Shown: positions 1-9,710 of the stretch, piece by piece
Position numbering within the stretch: the stretch's first letter is position 1
How the letters are laid out: each line of letters opens with the position of its first letter
NCBI GenBank assembly: GCA_020632555.1
Contig: JACKFI010000002.1
Location: forward strand, 66,621-130,620
Reading direction: 5' to 3'
DNA: 64,000 bases
From: Candidatus Omnitrophota bacterium
GTDB taxonomy: Bacteria; Omnitrophota; Gorgyraeia; Zapsychrales; JANLHA01
Notes under the pieces: model-generated
The model's database searches: none
Told to the model about the DNA's origin: nothing
The model's input: only the letters and a program-made list of their open reading frames with translations
Made by a program: the position numbers and the translations under genes

Positions 1-2917
1 GAATTGCCGCCATCGGTGTACGCAATTCATGCGAAACAATAGAAACAAATTTTGATTTAGCTTCCATCGCATTAATCAACTGACGCTGAGATTCTTTTAA
101 ATTAGCTTCTGCTATTTTGCGCGCCGTAATATCAAAACGAAGCGCCATATACTGATAGGGCTTTTCTTCATCATTGAGAAATGGAATAATGGTGGCATCA
201 ACCCAGTAAAATGTTCCATCTTTGGCTTTATTTTTAATTTCACCTTTCCAAACTTTTCCTTGCGCAATGGTTCGCCACAATTCACGAAAGAACTCCGGAG
301 AATGTTCATCCGACTTAATCATGCGATGATTCTGTCCTATCAACTCCCCGCGAGTATATTGTGAAATTTGACAGAAAGCATCATTGACATACGTGATATT
401 ACCTTGGACATCTGTCATCGCAACAATCGAACTCTGATCCAAGGCATACTGCTGGTCTAAAGCACGCTGTTCAACCTGACGTCTTTCCGTTGTGTCCCAA
501 CTCACGCCAATCATTCGTAAAGCTTTGCCAGCATCATCCCGCTGCACCAAAGCCCGCGCCTTAATATAACGAACTGTTTTATTCGGCCAAATGATCTTAA
601 ATTCAGTATCAAAATCTCTGACACCCTTAAGCGCCATATCAATCTCTAAATTTACTCTTTGGCGATCTTTAGGATGAAGTATTTGTATCCACGTTTCAAA
701 AACACGAAAAAAACTTTCTTTTTTAACACCATAAATCCGATACATCTGTTCATCCCACAACAAAACATCATTGACCACATCCCAGTCCCAAACACCCATC
801 TTGGCCGCTTGAGTAGCCAACTCAATGCGTTCCGTCAAAATCCTGGCCACCGCCTGCTGCGCCTGAACATCAGCTAAAGTCAATTCTAATTGTTTGCTGA
901 TCCCTTCATTTTCTTCCGTCCGTTGCCGCAAATCATGAGTCATTTCTTGGGCAATGGCTATCGCCTGAAAACGGGAAATACCCAAGAAATAAACAACCAG
1001 TGCCAACAAAAAGCCAAACATCCAGCCTCCCCAAAGCACCAGCGGAGGAAATCGCGCCTCAAAGGGGCCAATTGCCAATTCCGGACGACTATAAAAATAA
1101 AATGTCCATGAATGATTAGCAATAGCCGACGTTTTTATTTTTGTTAACCATGCTTTATTTCTGGACGCATTTTTAAGAATGTCCACCCCATGACCACCGC
1201 TATCAAATAATTGTGTTTGTTCATTCATATCCCTTTCGATTCCATCAAAAATAATAAAATCAACCCCAGAATCCTTATTCCCCAATATCCCCGCCATCAG
1301 ATCGTTCATACGAAAAGGACTAAACACAAAACCTTTAATTGTCTTTTGTCTTTCCTCAATGGACGAAGGCATCATTCCTTTGTCGTAAATAGGAGCATAA
1401 ATCAAAATACCCGCCTGTTTGACTTCTTCATCAGTTTCCTGAACCAAGGTCACCTTTCCAGAAAGCTGAACACGACCGCTGTCCCGAGCCGCCATCATCG
1501 CCTGACGGCGAACATGTTCAGAAAACATATCATAACCAAAAGCACGAAGATTTTTGCCCGAAAATGGCTCAATGTAAATGATAGGAACATACGCCTCTCT
1601 TTTGCCTTCCGGGAAAATTTTAAAATCGACAAATCCCTCTTGGCGGACATAGTCGATCAGCCATTGTTTTTCCTTGTCAAGCACATATTTGGCAAACCCA
1701 AAACCTTGTATTCCTGAATAATTTTTGTCCAGCTTGATCGCTGCAACAAATTTTTCCCACTCACTACGGCTCACATCTTCAGAAGCCGCAAATAACCCTC
1801 GGCCTGACCTTAAAACATTCAAATAAATTGCTAAACGATTAACAATATCACTTTGCAAATTATTCGCGATGACTTCAAATCTATTGCGAATTCGCAATTC
1901 AAGATTGGACTGAAAATGTCGCCATGCCCCCGTTGCAATCATCCCCACTAAAAGGAAAATAACTATTGGCAAAGCTAACGATCTGAATTTCAATAAATCA
2001 TTCCCACCTGTCGGAGATAATCGTTGATCGTATCCTGCCAACAACTGCTTTGAATCCTTTTGTTGCCCCTTTTTAACACAGCGCGCAAACCACAACAATA
2101 ACAACACCATTAACAAAATAACGACGGGAATAACTCGCTGAATCAATAGGATTTTATATTTCTCATATTTTGCCAATTCAACCTGATAGGCCACACTCAC
2201 ATCGGTCAAAACATTGCTAAAACGATTCCACGGATTTAATTTCTCTCCTGTTTCTTTATTATAAAAATACGCCAATGATTCATCATTATAATTAACCATC
2301 CTGCCGCTGACTGGCTCCACCCAAAGCGTCAAATAAACATCAACTTTCACGCCTCGTTCTTTAGGAACACCAGGTAAATAAGTTAAGTTATCTGTTTGGT
2401 CCACCGTGTAATAACAATCATACCGATACAGATTCAAACCAGCCAATTTCTCCTGACCGCGGTATTTCATCAAGGCGGGAGCATCATAATTAACATGCCA
2501 ATAAACAAAATCCTTTTTGTCCAAATTGCGCGGAGCAAATAAATATCCATTGCGATTTGAACCGTCTACCCCTTTGACATGACGACCCGTGACAGGATCA
2601 ATCGCATACAAACGTTGAACTTTGAAAATTCGCTCCCCATTTAATTTCCGTACGTCAAAATAATTCCAAACTTGCAAGACACCATTCCTATAGCCGTCGG
2701 CAGCATACCAAAATTTTGTTTTGGACGGCATATCCCCGGTAAATTCACCCGTTATTTCATTAAAAATATTATCGGTCGATTGAACATCTGCTTCAAAAGC
2801 AAAATCTTGCGGCAATTTCAGGATTTGGGGAGAGAGAAAAAGAATCCAGAAAAACAGCAGGGCAACACCAGCGACAGCGGAATAAATCAAAGATTGGTAT
2901 AAACGTTCTTTTCTCAT
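1..2917 (-). CDS. Multi-sensor histidine kinase, 3'-truncated by the window edge. Order: TM, DUF3068/PorA-like extracytoplasmic domain, TM, TM, CHASE domain, TM, two PAS domains, start of HisKA
   Basis: Absent from the ORF track because it runs off the left edge. Manual reverse translation from the ATG at 2917..2915 (MRKERLYQSLIYSAVAGVALLFFW...) stays open to base 2; I spot-checked the frame near 250, 1000, 1700 and 2050. CHASE-like stretch: YSGIQGFGFAKYV...YVPIIYIEPFSGKNLRAFGYDMFSEHVRRQAMMAARDSG. PAS stretches: VWDWDVVNDVLLWDEQMYRIYG and SIVAMTDVQGNITYVNDAFCQISQYTRGELIGQNHRMIKS. HisKA H-box at the very edge: SKFVSIVSHELRTPMAAI. The DUF3068 assignment of the first ~290 aa is tentative. Confidence 0.85.
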   Translation of the reverse strand, partial: MRKERLYQSLIYSAVAGVALLFFWILFLSPQILKLPQDFAFEADVQSTDNIFNEITGEFTGDMPSKTKFWYAADGYRNGVLQVWNYFDVRKLNGERIFKVQRLYAIDPVTGRHVKGVDGSNRNGYLFAPRNLDKKDFVYWHVNYDAPALMKYRGQEKLAGLNLYRYDCYYTVDQTDNLTYLPGVPKERGVKVDVYLTLWVEPVSGRMVNYNDESLAYFYNKETGEKLNPWNRFSNVLTDVSVAYQVELAKYEKYKILLIQRVIPVVILLMVLLLLWFARCVKKGQQKDSKQLLAGYDQRLSPTGGNDLLKFRSLALPIVIFLLVGMIATGAWRHFQSNLELRIRNRFEVIANNLQSDIVNRLAIYLNVLRSGRGLFAASEDVSRSEWEKFVAAIKLDKNYSGIQGFGFAKYVLDKEKQWLIDYVRQEGFVDFKIFPEGKREAYVPIIYIEPFSGKNLRAFGYDMFSEHVRRQAMMAARDSGRVQLSGKVTLVQETDEEVKQAGILIYAPIYDKGMMPSSIEERQKTIKGFVFSPFRMNDLMAGILGNKDSGVDFIIFDGIERDMNEQTQLFDSGGHGVDILKNASRNKAWLTKIKTSAIANHSWTFYFYSRPELAIGPFEARFPPLVLWGGWMFGFLLALVVYFLGISRFQAIAIAQEMTHDLRQRTEENEGISKQLELTLADVQAQQAVARILTERIELATQAAKMGVWDWDVVNDVLLWDEQMYRIYGVKKESFFRVFETWIQILHPKDRQRVNLEIDMALKGVRDFDTEFKIIWPNKTVRYIKARALVQRDDAGKALRMIGVSWDTTERRQVEQRALDQQYALDQSSIVAMTDVQGNITYVNDAFCQISQYTRGELIGQNHRMIKSDEHSPEFFRELWRTIAQGKVWKGEIKNKAKDGTFYWVDATIIPFLNDEEKPYQYMALRFDITARKIAEANLKESQRQLINAMEAKSKFVSIVSHELRTPMAAI

Positions 2918-3062
2918 TTTACAAGAAGAGCAATCATTTTTATGAACTTGCCCTTTGCATTTTACTCAAGGCACAAAAAAATCAAAGCGCATAAACACTT
3001 ATTTTACTAAGCTTATAAATCGTTAATTATCGATGTCTGTTCGGACAATGTTAGGGGAGAAA

Positions 3063-3092
3063 TCTTGGGCGGGCATAAAACCCCGCCCAAGA
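3063..3092 (-). terminator. Probable intrinsic terminator downstream of ppiC
   Basis: Perfect 11-bp inverted repeat tcttgggcggg (3063-3073) / cccgcccaaga (3082-3092) with an 8-nt loop, 13 nt past the ppiC stop. On the minus strand it is followed by ATTTCT. Confidence 0.55.
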
Positions 3093-3104
3093 CCAAAATG
3101 CTGT

Positions 3105-3386
3105 TTAATCAACACGATTGGTCACTTCAACCAAATGATATCCAAATTGTGTCTTAATCGGGCCATGAACCTTGCCAACTTCATTATTAAAAACCACAGT
3201 ATCAAATTCCGGCACCATTTGTCCTGGGCCAAATTCTCCCAAAGCGCCGCCTTGTTTGCCCGACGGACATTTTGAATGTTTCTTAGCAATCTCTGCAAAA
3301 TCTTTGCCGCCTTCAATTTCACCTTTTAATGTCTTGCATTCTGCTTCTGTTGCGACAAGAATATGCCGCGCGCTTGCTCTGGCCAT
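3105..3386 (-). CDS. ppiC: Parvulin-type peptidyl-prolyl cis-trans isomerase (PpiC-like, 93 aa)
   Basis: ARHILV...FAEIAKKHSKCPSGKQGGALGEFGPGQMVPEFDTVVF...GPIKTQFGYHLVEV matches the single-domain parvulin/rotamase signature. Confidence 0.9.
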   Translation of the reverse strand: MARASARHILVATEAECKTLKGEIEGGKDFAEIAKKHSKCPSGKQGGALGEFGPGQMVPEFDTVVFNNEVGKVHGPIKTQFGYHLVEVTNRVD

Positions 3387-3415
3387 GCCATCTCCCTTTC
3401 GTTAACACCTATTGA

Positions 3416-3634
3416 TTATTTTCGTTTCTTACTCGCCGCTTTTCGACGTAATCTTAAATTCTCTGCCATACGTTTCTTAGCAGCAATACCTTCTTTGGTC
3501 GCGAAATACTCCTGCATAATCTTACGTTTGCAAGGGCGGCAATAATGATTTAAACCGTCACGACTTTTATTATTTTTAACAAATTGCTCCAGCGGCTTTC
3601 GATTACGACAGCGTGAACAGCGTTTAGTGGTCAT
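3416..3634 (-). CDS. Small basic zinc-ribbon protein (72 aa), function unknown
   Basis: CSRC...x27...CRPC four-cysteine arrangement followed by a Lys/Arg-rich tail (RLRRKAASKKRK). The N-terminal pattern KRCSRC..KPLEQF...DGLNHYCRPC resembles the Cys4 module found at the N-termini of some phage and homing-endonuclease-like proteins. Confidence 0.55.
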   Translation of the reverse strand: MTTKRCSRCRNRKPLEQFVKNNKSRDGLNHYCRPCKRKIMQEYFATKEGIAAKKRMAENLRLRRKAASKKRK

Positions 3635-3658
3635 GAAGTCTCCTTTGTAGAAAGAACA

Positions 3659-4684
3659 TTAACCCTTTTGAATTAGAAAAATCATATAACCAATATAAGT
3701 CATGAACATGAAAGTCCCTTCCCAACGTGAAATTCTATTTTGAGAACGAAAAACTGGATAACACATCAATGCCACAACACACATAAAAGGAATATCAAAA
3801 ACTAAAGCAGATGGACTAATCAAAAACCCGCGCGCGGGAATAATCCCCAAAACACCGCCGACCAATAAGATATTGTAAATATTGCTGCCGACAACATTGC
3901 CAATGGCAATGTCCCGTTCACCTTTTAAAGTCGCGCTAATTGAAGTGGCCATTTCTGGCAAAGATGTGCCAACCGCAATAATCGTAACACCGATGACCAT
4001 TTCGCTCATACCCCAAGCTCGAGCAATCACAACCCCAGACTCGACTAACCACTTTGCACCAAAACTCAATAATCCTAGTCCCGCCACAATCATTAAACCA
4101 TGAATCATCATCAGCAGTGGTTTGCGCAAAGTCTTGATATCGCCGCCAAACTCTTGATCATATTCCTCAATGACCACCTTAGGCTCAGTTTTCCCAAGAA
4201 CAAAAGAATAATACACATATAGTAAAATCAAAGAAAGAAAAATCAATCCTTCAACCCGGGAAATTTTTAAATCTAAACAAAAAACATACATCAACCCTGA
4301 AGCAAAAATCATGACCGGGACATCCAATTTCACCAACTTGGGCACAACTTTCAAAGGCAAAATCACAGCACAAATCCCGAGAATAAATAAAACATTCAAA
4401 ATATTGCTGCCAATGATATTTCCTAAAGCAATATCATCTTTGCCAACCATGATCGCTTGTGCATTAACCAATAACTCCGGAGCACTGGTCCCAAAAGCAA
4501 CAATGGTCAAACCAATCGCTAATGGTGAAACACCCCAAGCTCTCGCCAGCTTCGACGCTCCACGAACCAAAATTTCAGCTCCGATAGCCAAAAACCCGAA
4601 ACCACAAAATAAAAAAACCCAAGCTTGCGTCAGGAAAATCTCCCTTGCCTTAAATGTTTGGCCGATACCGATCAGGGGCACCAT
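3659..4684 (-). CDS. Ca2+/Na+ antiporter, CaCA family (YrbG-like)
   Basis: Two alpha-repeat signatures, GTSAPELLVN and GTSLPEMATS, in a ~10-TM hydrophobic protein of 341 aa. The start codon is uncertain because the ORF overlaps the upstream small ORF by 35 nt. Confidence 0.85.
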   Translation of the reverse strand: MVPLIGIGQTFKAREIFLTQAWVFLFCGFGFLAIGAEILVRGASKLARAWGVSPLAIGLTIVAFGTSAPELLVNAQAIMVGKDDIALGNIIGSNILNVLFILGICAVILPLKVVPKLVKLDVPVMIFASGLMYVFCLDLKISRVEGLIFLSLILLYVYYSFVLGKTEPKVVIEEYDQEFGGDIKTLRKPLLMMIHGLMIVAGLGLLSFGAKWLVESGVVIARAWGMSEMVIGVTIIAVGTSLPEMATSISATLKGERDIAIGNVVGSNIYNILLVGGVLGIIPARGFLISPSALVFDIPFMCVVALMCYPVFRSQNRISRWEGTFMFMTYIGYMIFLIQKG

Positions 4685-4871
4685 TCACTGCTTGTAAAAA
4701 AGCTGGAAATATTCGAGCAGGAACCACCATTTCCGTCACTTTTTCATGTGTCACATCTTCAAAGATCAAGGTCATGCCTTTGTGCCCATCATCGTCGATG
4801 TAATGTTTCACATAAACACTATAATGCGAACCCAAATAATCCCATTCAATCAAATTTTTCATTCTTGCCAC
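4650..4871 (-). CDS. Hypothetical small protein (73 aa)
   Basis: The ORF fills the gap between two minus-strand genes. I recognised no motif. Confidence 0.35.
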   Translation of the reverse strand: MARMKNLIEWDYLGSHYSVYVKHYIDDDGHKGMTLIFEDVTHEKVTEMVVPARIFPAFLQAVNGAPDRYRPNI

Positions 4872-4883
4872 AAAACACTCCGA

Positions 4884-5606
4884 TCATTTGCTGCGCAATT
4901 TAGATAATAATCGTAAAATTTCCATATACAACCAGATCAAGGTCACCATCAAACCAAAAGCCGCATACCATTCCATGTATTTGGGCGCTCCGGATCTGGT
5001 GGCGTTTTCAATAAAATCAAAATCAAGAATCAAGTTAAAAGCAGCAATTCCAACAATAATCAAACTAAATCCAATTCCCAGCAAACTATTGCTACTGATA
5101 ATACCAACATTAACACCAAAAAACCCCAGAACCATCGTCACCATATAAAACACAAAAACTCCGCCCGTCGCGGCAATAATACAAGAACGAAACCGCTCTG
5201 TCACTTTAATGAGCCCCGCTTTATATGCTGCCAATAAGGCAAACATTGTTCCAAAAGTCAAACCCACCGCTTGCATCACAATGCCTGGATAGGTTTTTTC
5301 AAACATCGCGCTAAGGCCGCCTAAAACCACGCCCTGAATCAAGGCATAAACCGGCGCCGTAAACATTGCCCATTCCTTTTTAAATATCGTCACCATGCCA
5401 ACAATCAAACCCACAATCAAAGCCGGCATATAATACATCGCTAACTTTGCGGGATCACTCCAAACCCATGACGCGCTCAATAAAATCAAACCAAAAAGCG
5501 CAAACGCTTTATTGGTCGTGCCTTGAACGGTCATGGCATTACTGGCATCATAAATTGCGACATTACCAAAAGCTTTTTCACTAAATACGGGATTTCCTGT
5601 ACGCAT
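4884..5606 (-). CDS. Bax inhibitor-1/YccA-like membrane protein
   Basis: 240 aa with ~7 TM segments. N-terminal NPVFSEKAFG... and a C-terminal charged tail (LRLLSKLRSK) are typical of the BI-1-like family. Confidence 0.7.
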   Translation of the reverse strand: MRTGNPVFSEKAFGNVAIYDASNAMTVQGTTNKAFALFGLILLSASWVWSDPAKLAMYYMPALIVGLIVGMVTIFKKEWAMFTAPVYALIQGVVLGGLSAMFEKTYPGIVMQAVGLTFGTMFALLAAYKAGLIKVTERFRSCIIAATGGVFVFYMVTMVLGFFGVNVGIISSNSLLGIGFSLIIVGIAAFNLILDFDFIENATRSGAPKYMEWYAAFGLMVTLIWLYMEILRLLSKLRSK

Positions 5607-5643
5607 CTGCTCATCTCCTTTTTAATATATGTTAATACCTTCT

Positions 5644-6078
5644 TTAACTGATCAACCACTCCACAGGTAATGGTTTGCGATTTTGATATCCATCATCAAT
5701 ACTATGATACCAATTGATATCACTTTCATCGCTGCGCCAACACAATAAAACATTCTGACCATCAACAATCGCCGGAAAATCAACCAAGCCATACTCAAAC
5801 TGCCAATCTTTGTAATAGCACCCCATGCGCTCAAGTTCCACGATTAATGTTTCTATTTCTTCAAAAATCCGCCGTGCCGCGATCGGAATATCTTTACCCG
5901 AATGCGCCGCGATAAGCTGTTTCATCATTTGACCACGCATTAGAATATCGTCAACAATCGTTTTAACCAGAGTCAATTGCTGTCGAGCTTCACTCAATGT
6001 AAAATATTTCTTAAACACCTTAGCTTCCCCAATTAATGCAATATGAACCATCGAATTAAACCATTGCGAAATATTCAA
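5644..6078 (-). CDS. DUF2203 family protein
   Basis: FTLSEARQQL...ELERMGCYYKDWQFEYGLVDFPAIVDGQNVLLCWRSDESDINWYHSIDDGYQNRKPL matches my recollection of the DUF2203 pattern (G.vDFP....LCW..gE..i.yWH). Confidence 0.6.
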   Translation of the reverse strand: MNISQWFNSMVHIALIGEAKVFKKYFTLSEARQQLTLVKTIVDDILMRGQMMKQLIAAHSGKDIPIAARRIFEEIETLIVELERMGCYYKDWQFEYGLVDFPAIVDGQNVLLCWRSDESDINWYHSIDDGYQNRKPLPVEWLIS

Positions 6079-6445
6079 ATTCTAACATTCCTTACCAAAA
6101 AGCATTACCTAGATTGACAGTATAAACGATAATTTTAAAATTTCACAAAAAATTGAAATTATCCATCACGCCCGTGATCACAACCAAAAAGAAAAATTTT
6201 TTCAAAATTATTTCATTAACTTAGCAAGTTTGAATTTTAGCATAAAAAATTATATTTTCTTATTTTCATTGCATCTCAAGCCTTATCTCGCTCCTAACTC
6301 ATTGCGCGGCTTAATAATAAGTCTAAGAAAGCCCTTTCCGGCCAAGAACAACTACCGCAACATTTGGCCCTAAATATGTGGCATACTTAGCTAGGGAGTG
6401 GTGTTCCAATACGCATCAGGCTGCCAAGGAGCCGCCTATAGGAAT

Positions 6446-7495
6446 ATGAAAAACATACGCACAAGAAGATATTTTCTAATTATCGTTTTAATGCTTTGGA
6501 TGAATCCTAAGGCATTGGCCGATACGCTTGAGTTTGTCAACGGACAAACCATGCAAACAGAACATATCAACCCAGCCGAAACTGCAAATAATTTTCAATA
6601 CGGAATCGTTAAAATCAATTATACTTCCGCAGCAGTAAAGAAATTAGCTTTGCCACAAAAAGAAAACTTACAAATTGTTCCTGATGCTTTATTTGCAACT
6701 GAAGCGCATGCCTCACCTACCCCCGTTGATCAAAATATTTTGACCTTTGGCCTGCGCGCTCATGAAGCTTTACGAACAGCTTTAAGACTAGAAGATATTC
6801 GTCCATTTTTAACCACACAAGCCTACCAAGAGCTCGTTAACAAACGTAACGCAGGATCAAAAGAATTATTGATATTACAATTATTAAAGTCATCAATCCC
6901 GGAAGATATTACTGTTATTCAAACACAACTCAACGACAAAACAGCTACTGTACTGGCTAGAGGAAAAATGAACGGAGAAGATTTTTGGGGGACCTTATCA
7001 CTGGCGAAAGAAGATGGGCAATGGAAATTATCGCAAGAAACATGGTACGGAAATCAAAATACTCCAATTATCGTTGAAAATGTGGCCAAAGCTGAAAATT
7101 TCTTAAATCAAATCAATGATCGGCCAGCGAATAACTTTATTACCTGGGCGGAAGCGGTCGGTCGTCCTAAAAGCACACTTCCGCTTGAGTATGGCAGGAT
7201 AAGAACACCCAAGAAATCTTTCTGTTTGTTTTTCTTTATTGACCCCGAAAAATCTAAGAAAAAAAATACCAACGATCTTGCTCCTGTTGTGACGGCAACA
7301 CCCTCACCTGATCTGCATATCGTTTGGCCATCAAACGTACGCCATGACCCCAAAGTTTATGAAGGCGACAATGATGAGGGATTTGATGTTTCCGTCGCGG
7401 CAGACAAAGACGGGTATTACCCCAACAAAATTAATCTGCGCCTGCCCAAAGGCAAACCCCGAGAAATTTATGTCGGCATTCTCATGGCTTTCTAA
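6446..7495 (+). CDS. Hypothetical secreted protein
   Basis: The ORF track starts at 6398. An internal ATG at 6446 gives a signal-peptide-like N-terminus, MKNIRTRRYFLIIVLMLWMNPKALA. No domain recognised. Confidence 0.6.
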   Translation: MKNIRTRRYFLIIVLMLWMNPKALADTLEFVNGQTMQTEHINPAETANNFQYGIVKINYTSAAVKKLALPQKENLQIVPDALFATEAHASPTPVDQNILTFGLRAHEALRTALRLEDIRPFLTTQAYQELVNKRNAGSKELLILQLLKSSIPEDITVIQTQLNDKTATVLARGKMNGEDFWGTLSLAKEDGQWKLSQETWYGNQNTPIIVENVAKAENFLNQINDRPANNFITWAEAVGRPKSTLPLEYGRIRTPKKSFCLFFFIDPEKSKKKNTNDLAPVVTATPSPDLHIVWPSNVRHDPKVYEGDNDEGFDVSVAADKDGYYPNKINLRLPKGKPREIYVGILMAF

Positions 7496-7634
7496 TTGCA
7501 GAATCAAAACAAAAAAAATAAAGCATTTGTTTTATAATTAATTTCCAAGGTGTATCATACGTTGAGAAAATTAATACCTGTTATTAAAGTATTTCAAATG
7601 ACAAGAACCACACCTTCATAACTGAAGATATTTC

Positions 7635-9614
7635 ATGACCAGACTACTGCTAGCATTCCTGCAAAAATTTTCCAAACAAACACTTGCGCGTCAACCTGAA
7701 ATGGACATTTTGATGCTAGACCGCTCGCAGAATGAACAATACACACGAGACGGAGAAACTGGCAGTCTCGCTATTATCGGAGATTTAATTATAAATGCAA
7801 TACTCCGCTTATCCCCCCCAACTGGAAAAGCTTTGGATATTTGTTGCGGCTCAGCATCGCTTTTATGCAAATTAGCCAGTGCTATGCCGCAAATGCAATT
7901 TCTAGGAGTTGATCTTTCCCAAAACATGCTCGAATATGCCCAAGAACACCGCGATCAATATGGACTTAAAAACCTCACTTTTAAACAAGCCGACATGTAC
8001 AAATTAAACGACTTTATTGAACCACCCTATGACCTGATTACATGGCACATGGCCATGCATCATTGCAATGACCAAGAAGCCGTCTTGCGTGTTTTAAATC
8101 AAATCCCTCAACTCTTAAAACCCAATGGAACACTGTTCGTTTTTGATATCAACCGTCCCAAGACCAGCGCTTTGGCCTTAATGATGGCTGATACCTATAA
8201 CCGTACCCAAGGTAATTGGTATTATCAAGATAGTCTTGACTCTTATAAAGCTGCTTTTAGTTTTCAAGAAGTCGAAGATATTCTAAAGCGTTCTCATTTA
8301 AAAAATGTTCATCACATTGAACCTGCTTTTATGAATATGTTTCAAGCTTTTTATATTTCACAAACCGATAAGCCTCAAGCTTCTCGAGTCGCTAACCTCT
8401 CGTATTTATGGCAGAAAATAGATTATCATATGCTAAAAATGAGTTTCTCTGTTTTACCGCTGGCAAAAGGAAATCAACAAGAACCTGCCCGACAAGCTGC
8501 CGCACATAGTTATGCTAACCTTGAGCAACCCTATTTTAACCAAATCAATAGTGACATTTTGGATATTTTAAATATCGGGATGCGAGCCATGAGTGCCTAT
8601 AATCTTCAACCTTGGCGATTCCGTGTCAATGGGGATCAAATATTTATTCATTTGATTCGTCACAAAAACTTTTTCCTCAAATTAGAAGGCGTTAATTATA
8701 TTACGCTCGGTCATCTTCTGGCAAATATTCTAGAAGGCGCCAAGGCAAAAAGTTACACCGTCACTTACGAAATCCTTTCAGAAGAATTGAGCTTAGATAT
8801 TCCTTGCGTTAAATTGAATTTTCACAAAAACAATAACCCCCCAGAAAGCATTTCCCATGTCTTAAACCGTACGACCAATCGCTATAATTATTCAAACCAA
8901 AAATTAAGTACACAGTTAAAAGAAGAATTGCTCAGTCTTTGCGATGATTCAAACATAAAAATTCATTTTAGCGAAGACGAAGAAAAATATAAACTCGCAG
9001 ATATCTTGCTCGATTTAGATAAAATTCGCATTAATAATAAACGTTTGGCCTTAGAGGCCACCGAATATATTCGCATGGGACAAATACAAAACGAAATGCA
9101 TGGCAACGGTTTAGAAGCATCCAGCATAGGAATAGGCTCCAAAGAAATTCTTATTTTCAAAACCATTCATAAATTTTCATGGTTGTTCGGGATTCTGCAA
9201 ATAGCTGGAGCAGCAAACCCAATTTCCCAGAGACAAAGAAATATTCTAAATAATAATGGAGCCTTAATATCCTTTGTCATTTACAAACGTTCCTATCAAA
9301 ATTACATCAAACTCGGCATGCTTGTTCAAGCCATAGCAAATAAATTAGCGGAACATGAGCTGGCTTCTATGCCTTTGCTCAGCGGATTATATCTTTACGA
9401 TGTGCTCAATGAAAACAGTGAGATTCTCTCTTCCAAAGAAAAGAAAACCATTCTTGATTCCCATAATAAAATGAACGAACTCTTGCACATCGATAACCAA
9501 CGCATCGCTTATGTTATACGCGCGGGATACTCAGACAAATCAAATCCTCCAACGATACGCCGAAATATACGCGAAATGATTTATTGTGCCCATCAAAAAA
9601 TCAATCCTTTTTAA
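7635..9614 (+). CDS. Fusion protein: class I SAM-dependent methyltransferase (N-terminal) + nitroreductase-fold domain (C-terminal, Acg/TM1586-like)
   Basis: Methyltransferase motif I LDICCGSASL, then GVDLSQNMLEYAQ and LKPNGTLFVFD. The C-terminal half begins MRAMSAYNLQPWRFRV and contains LNRTTNRYNYS. It is paralogous to the 15765..16817 product. Confidence 0.7.
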   Translation: MTRLLLAFLQKFSKQTLARQPEMDILMLDRSQNEQYTRDGETGSLAIIGDLIINAILRLSPPTGKALDICCGSASLLCKLASAMPQMQFLGVDLSQNMLEYAQEHRDQYGLKNLTFKQADMYKLNDFIEPPYDLITWHMAMHHCNDQEAVLRVLNQIPQLLKPNGTLFVFDINRPKTSALALMMADTYNRTQGNWYYQDSLDSYKAAFSFQEVEDILKRSHLKNVHHIEPAFMNMFQAFYISQTDKPQASRVANLSYLWQKIDYHMLKMSFSVLPLAKGNQQEPARQAAAHSYANLEQPYFNQINSDILDILNIGMRAMSAYNLQPWRFRVNGDQIFIHLIRHKNFFLKLEGVNYITLGHLLANILEGAKAKSYTVTYEILSEELSLDIPCVKLNFHKNNNPPESISHVLNRTTNRYNYSNQKLSTQLKEELLSLCDDSNIKIHFSEDEEKYKLADILLDLDKIRINNKRLALEATEYIRMGQIQNEMHGNGLEASSIGIGSKEILIFKTIHKFSWLFGILQIAGAANPISQRQRNILNNNGALISFVIYKRSYQNYIKLGMLVQAIANKLAEHELASMPLLSGLYLYDVLNENSEILSSKEKKTILDSHNKMNELLHIDNQRIAYVIRAGYSDKSNPPTIRRNIREMIYCAHQKINPF

Positions 9615-9710
9615 AAAATTTTTGACCCCAAACCCGAACATTTCCACTGCTTTGAAAAAATTTAAAATTTCTATTCCATTTAATACCTACTATTGTAAAA
9701 TAAACTAAAT

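Noticed and set aside
659-2902. Plus-strand ORFs listed in the track (659..877, 890..1111, 1211..1717, 2672..2902)
   Set aside because: They lie antisense to, or out of frame with, a continuous minus-strand histidine-kinase ORF that has clear CHASE, PAS and HisKA motifs. Their translations are low-complexity with no motifs. They are shadow ORFs.
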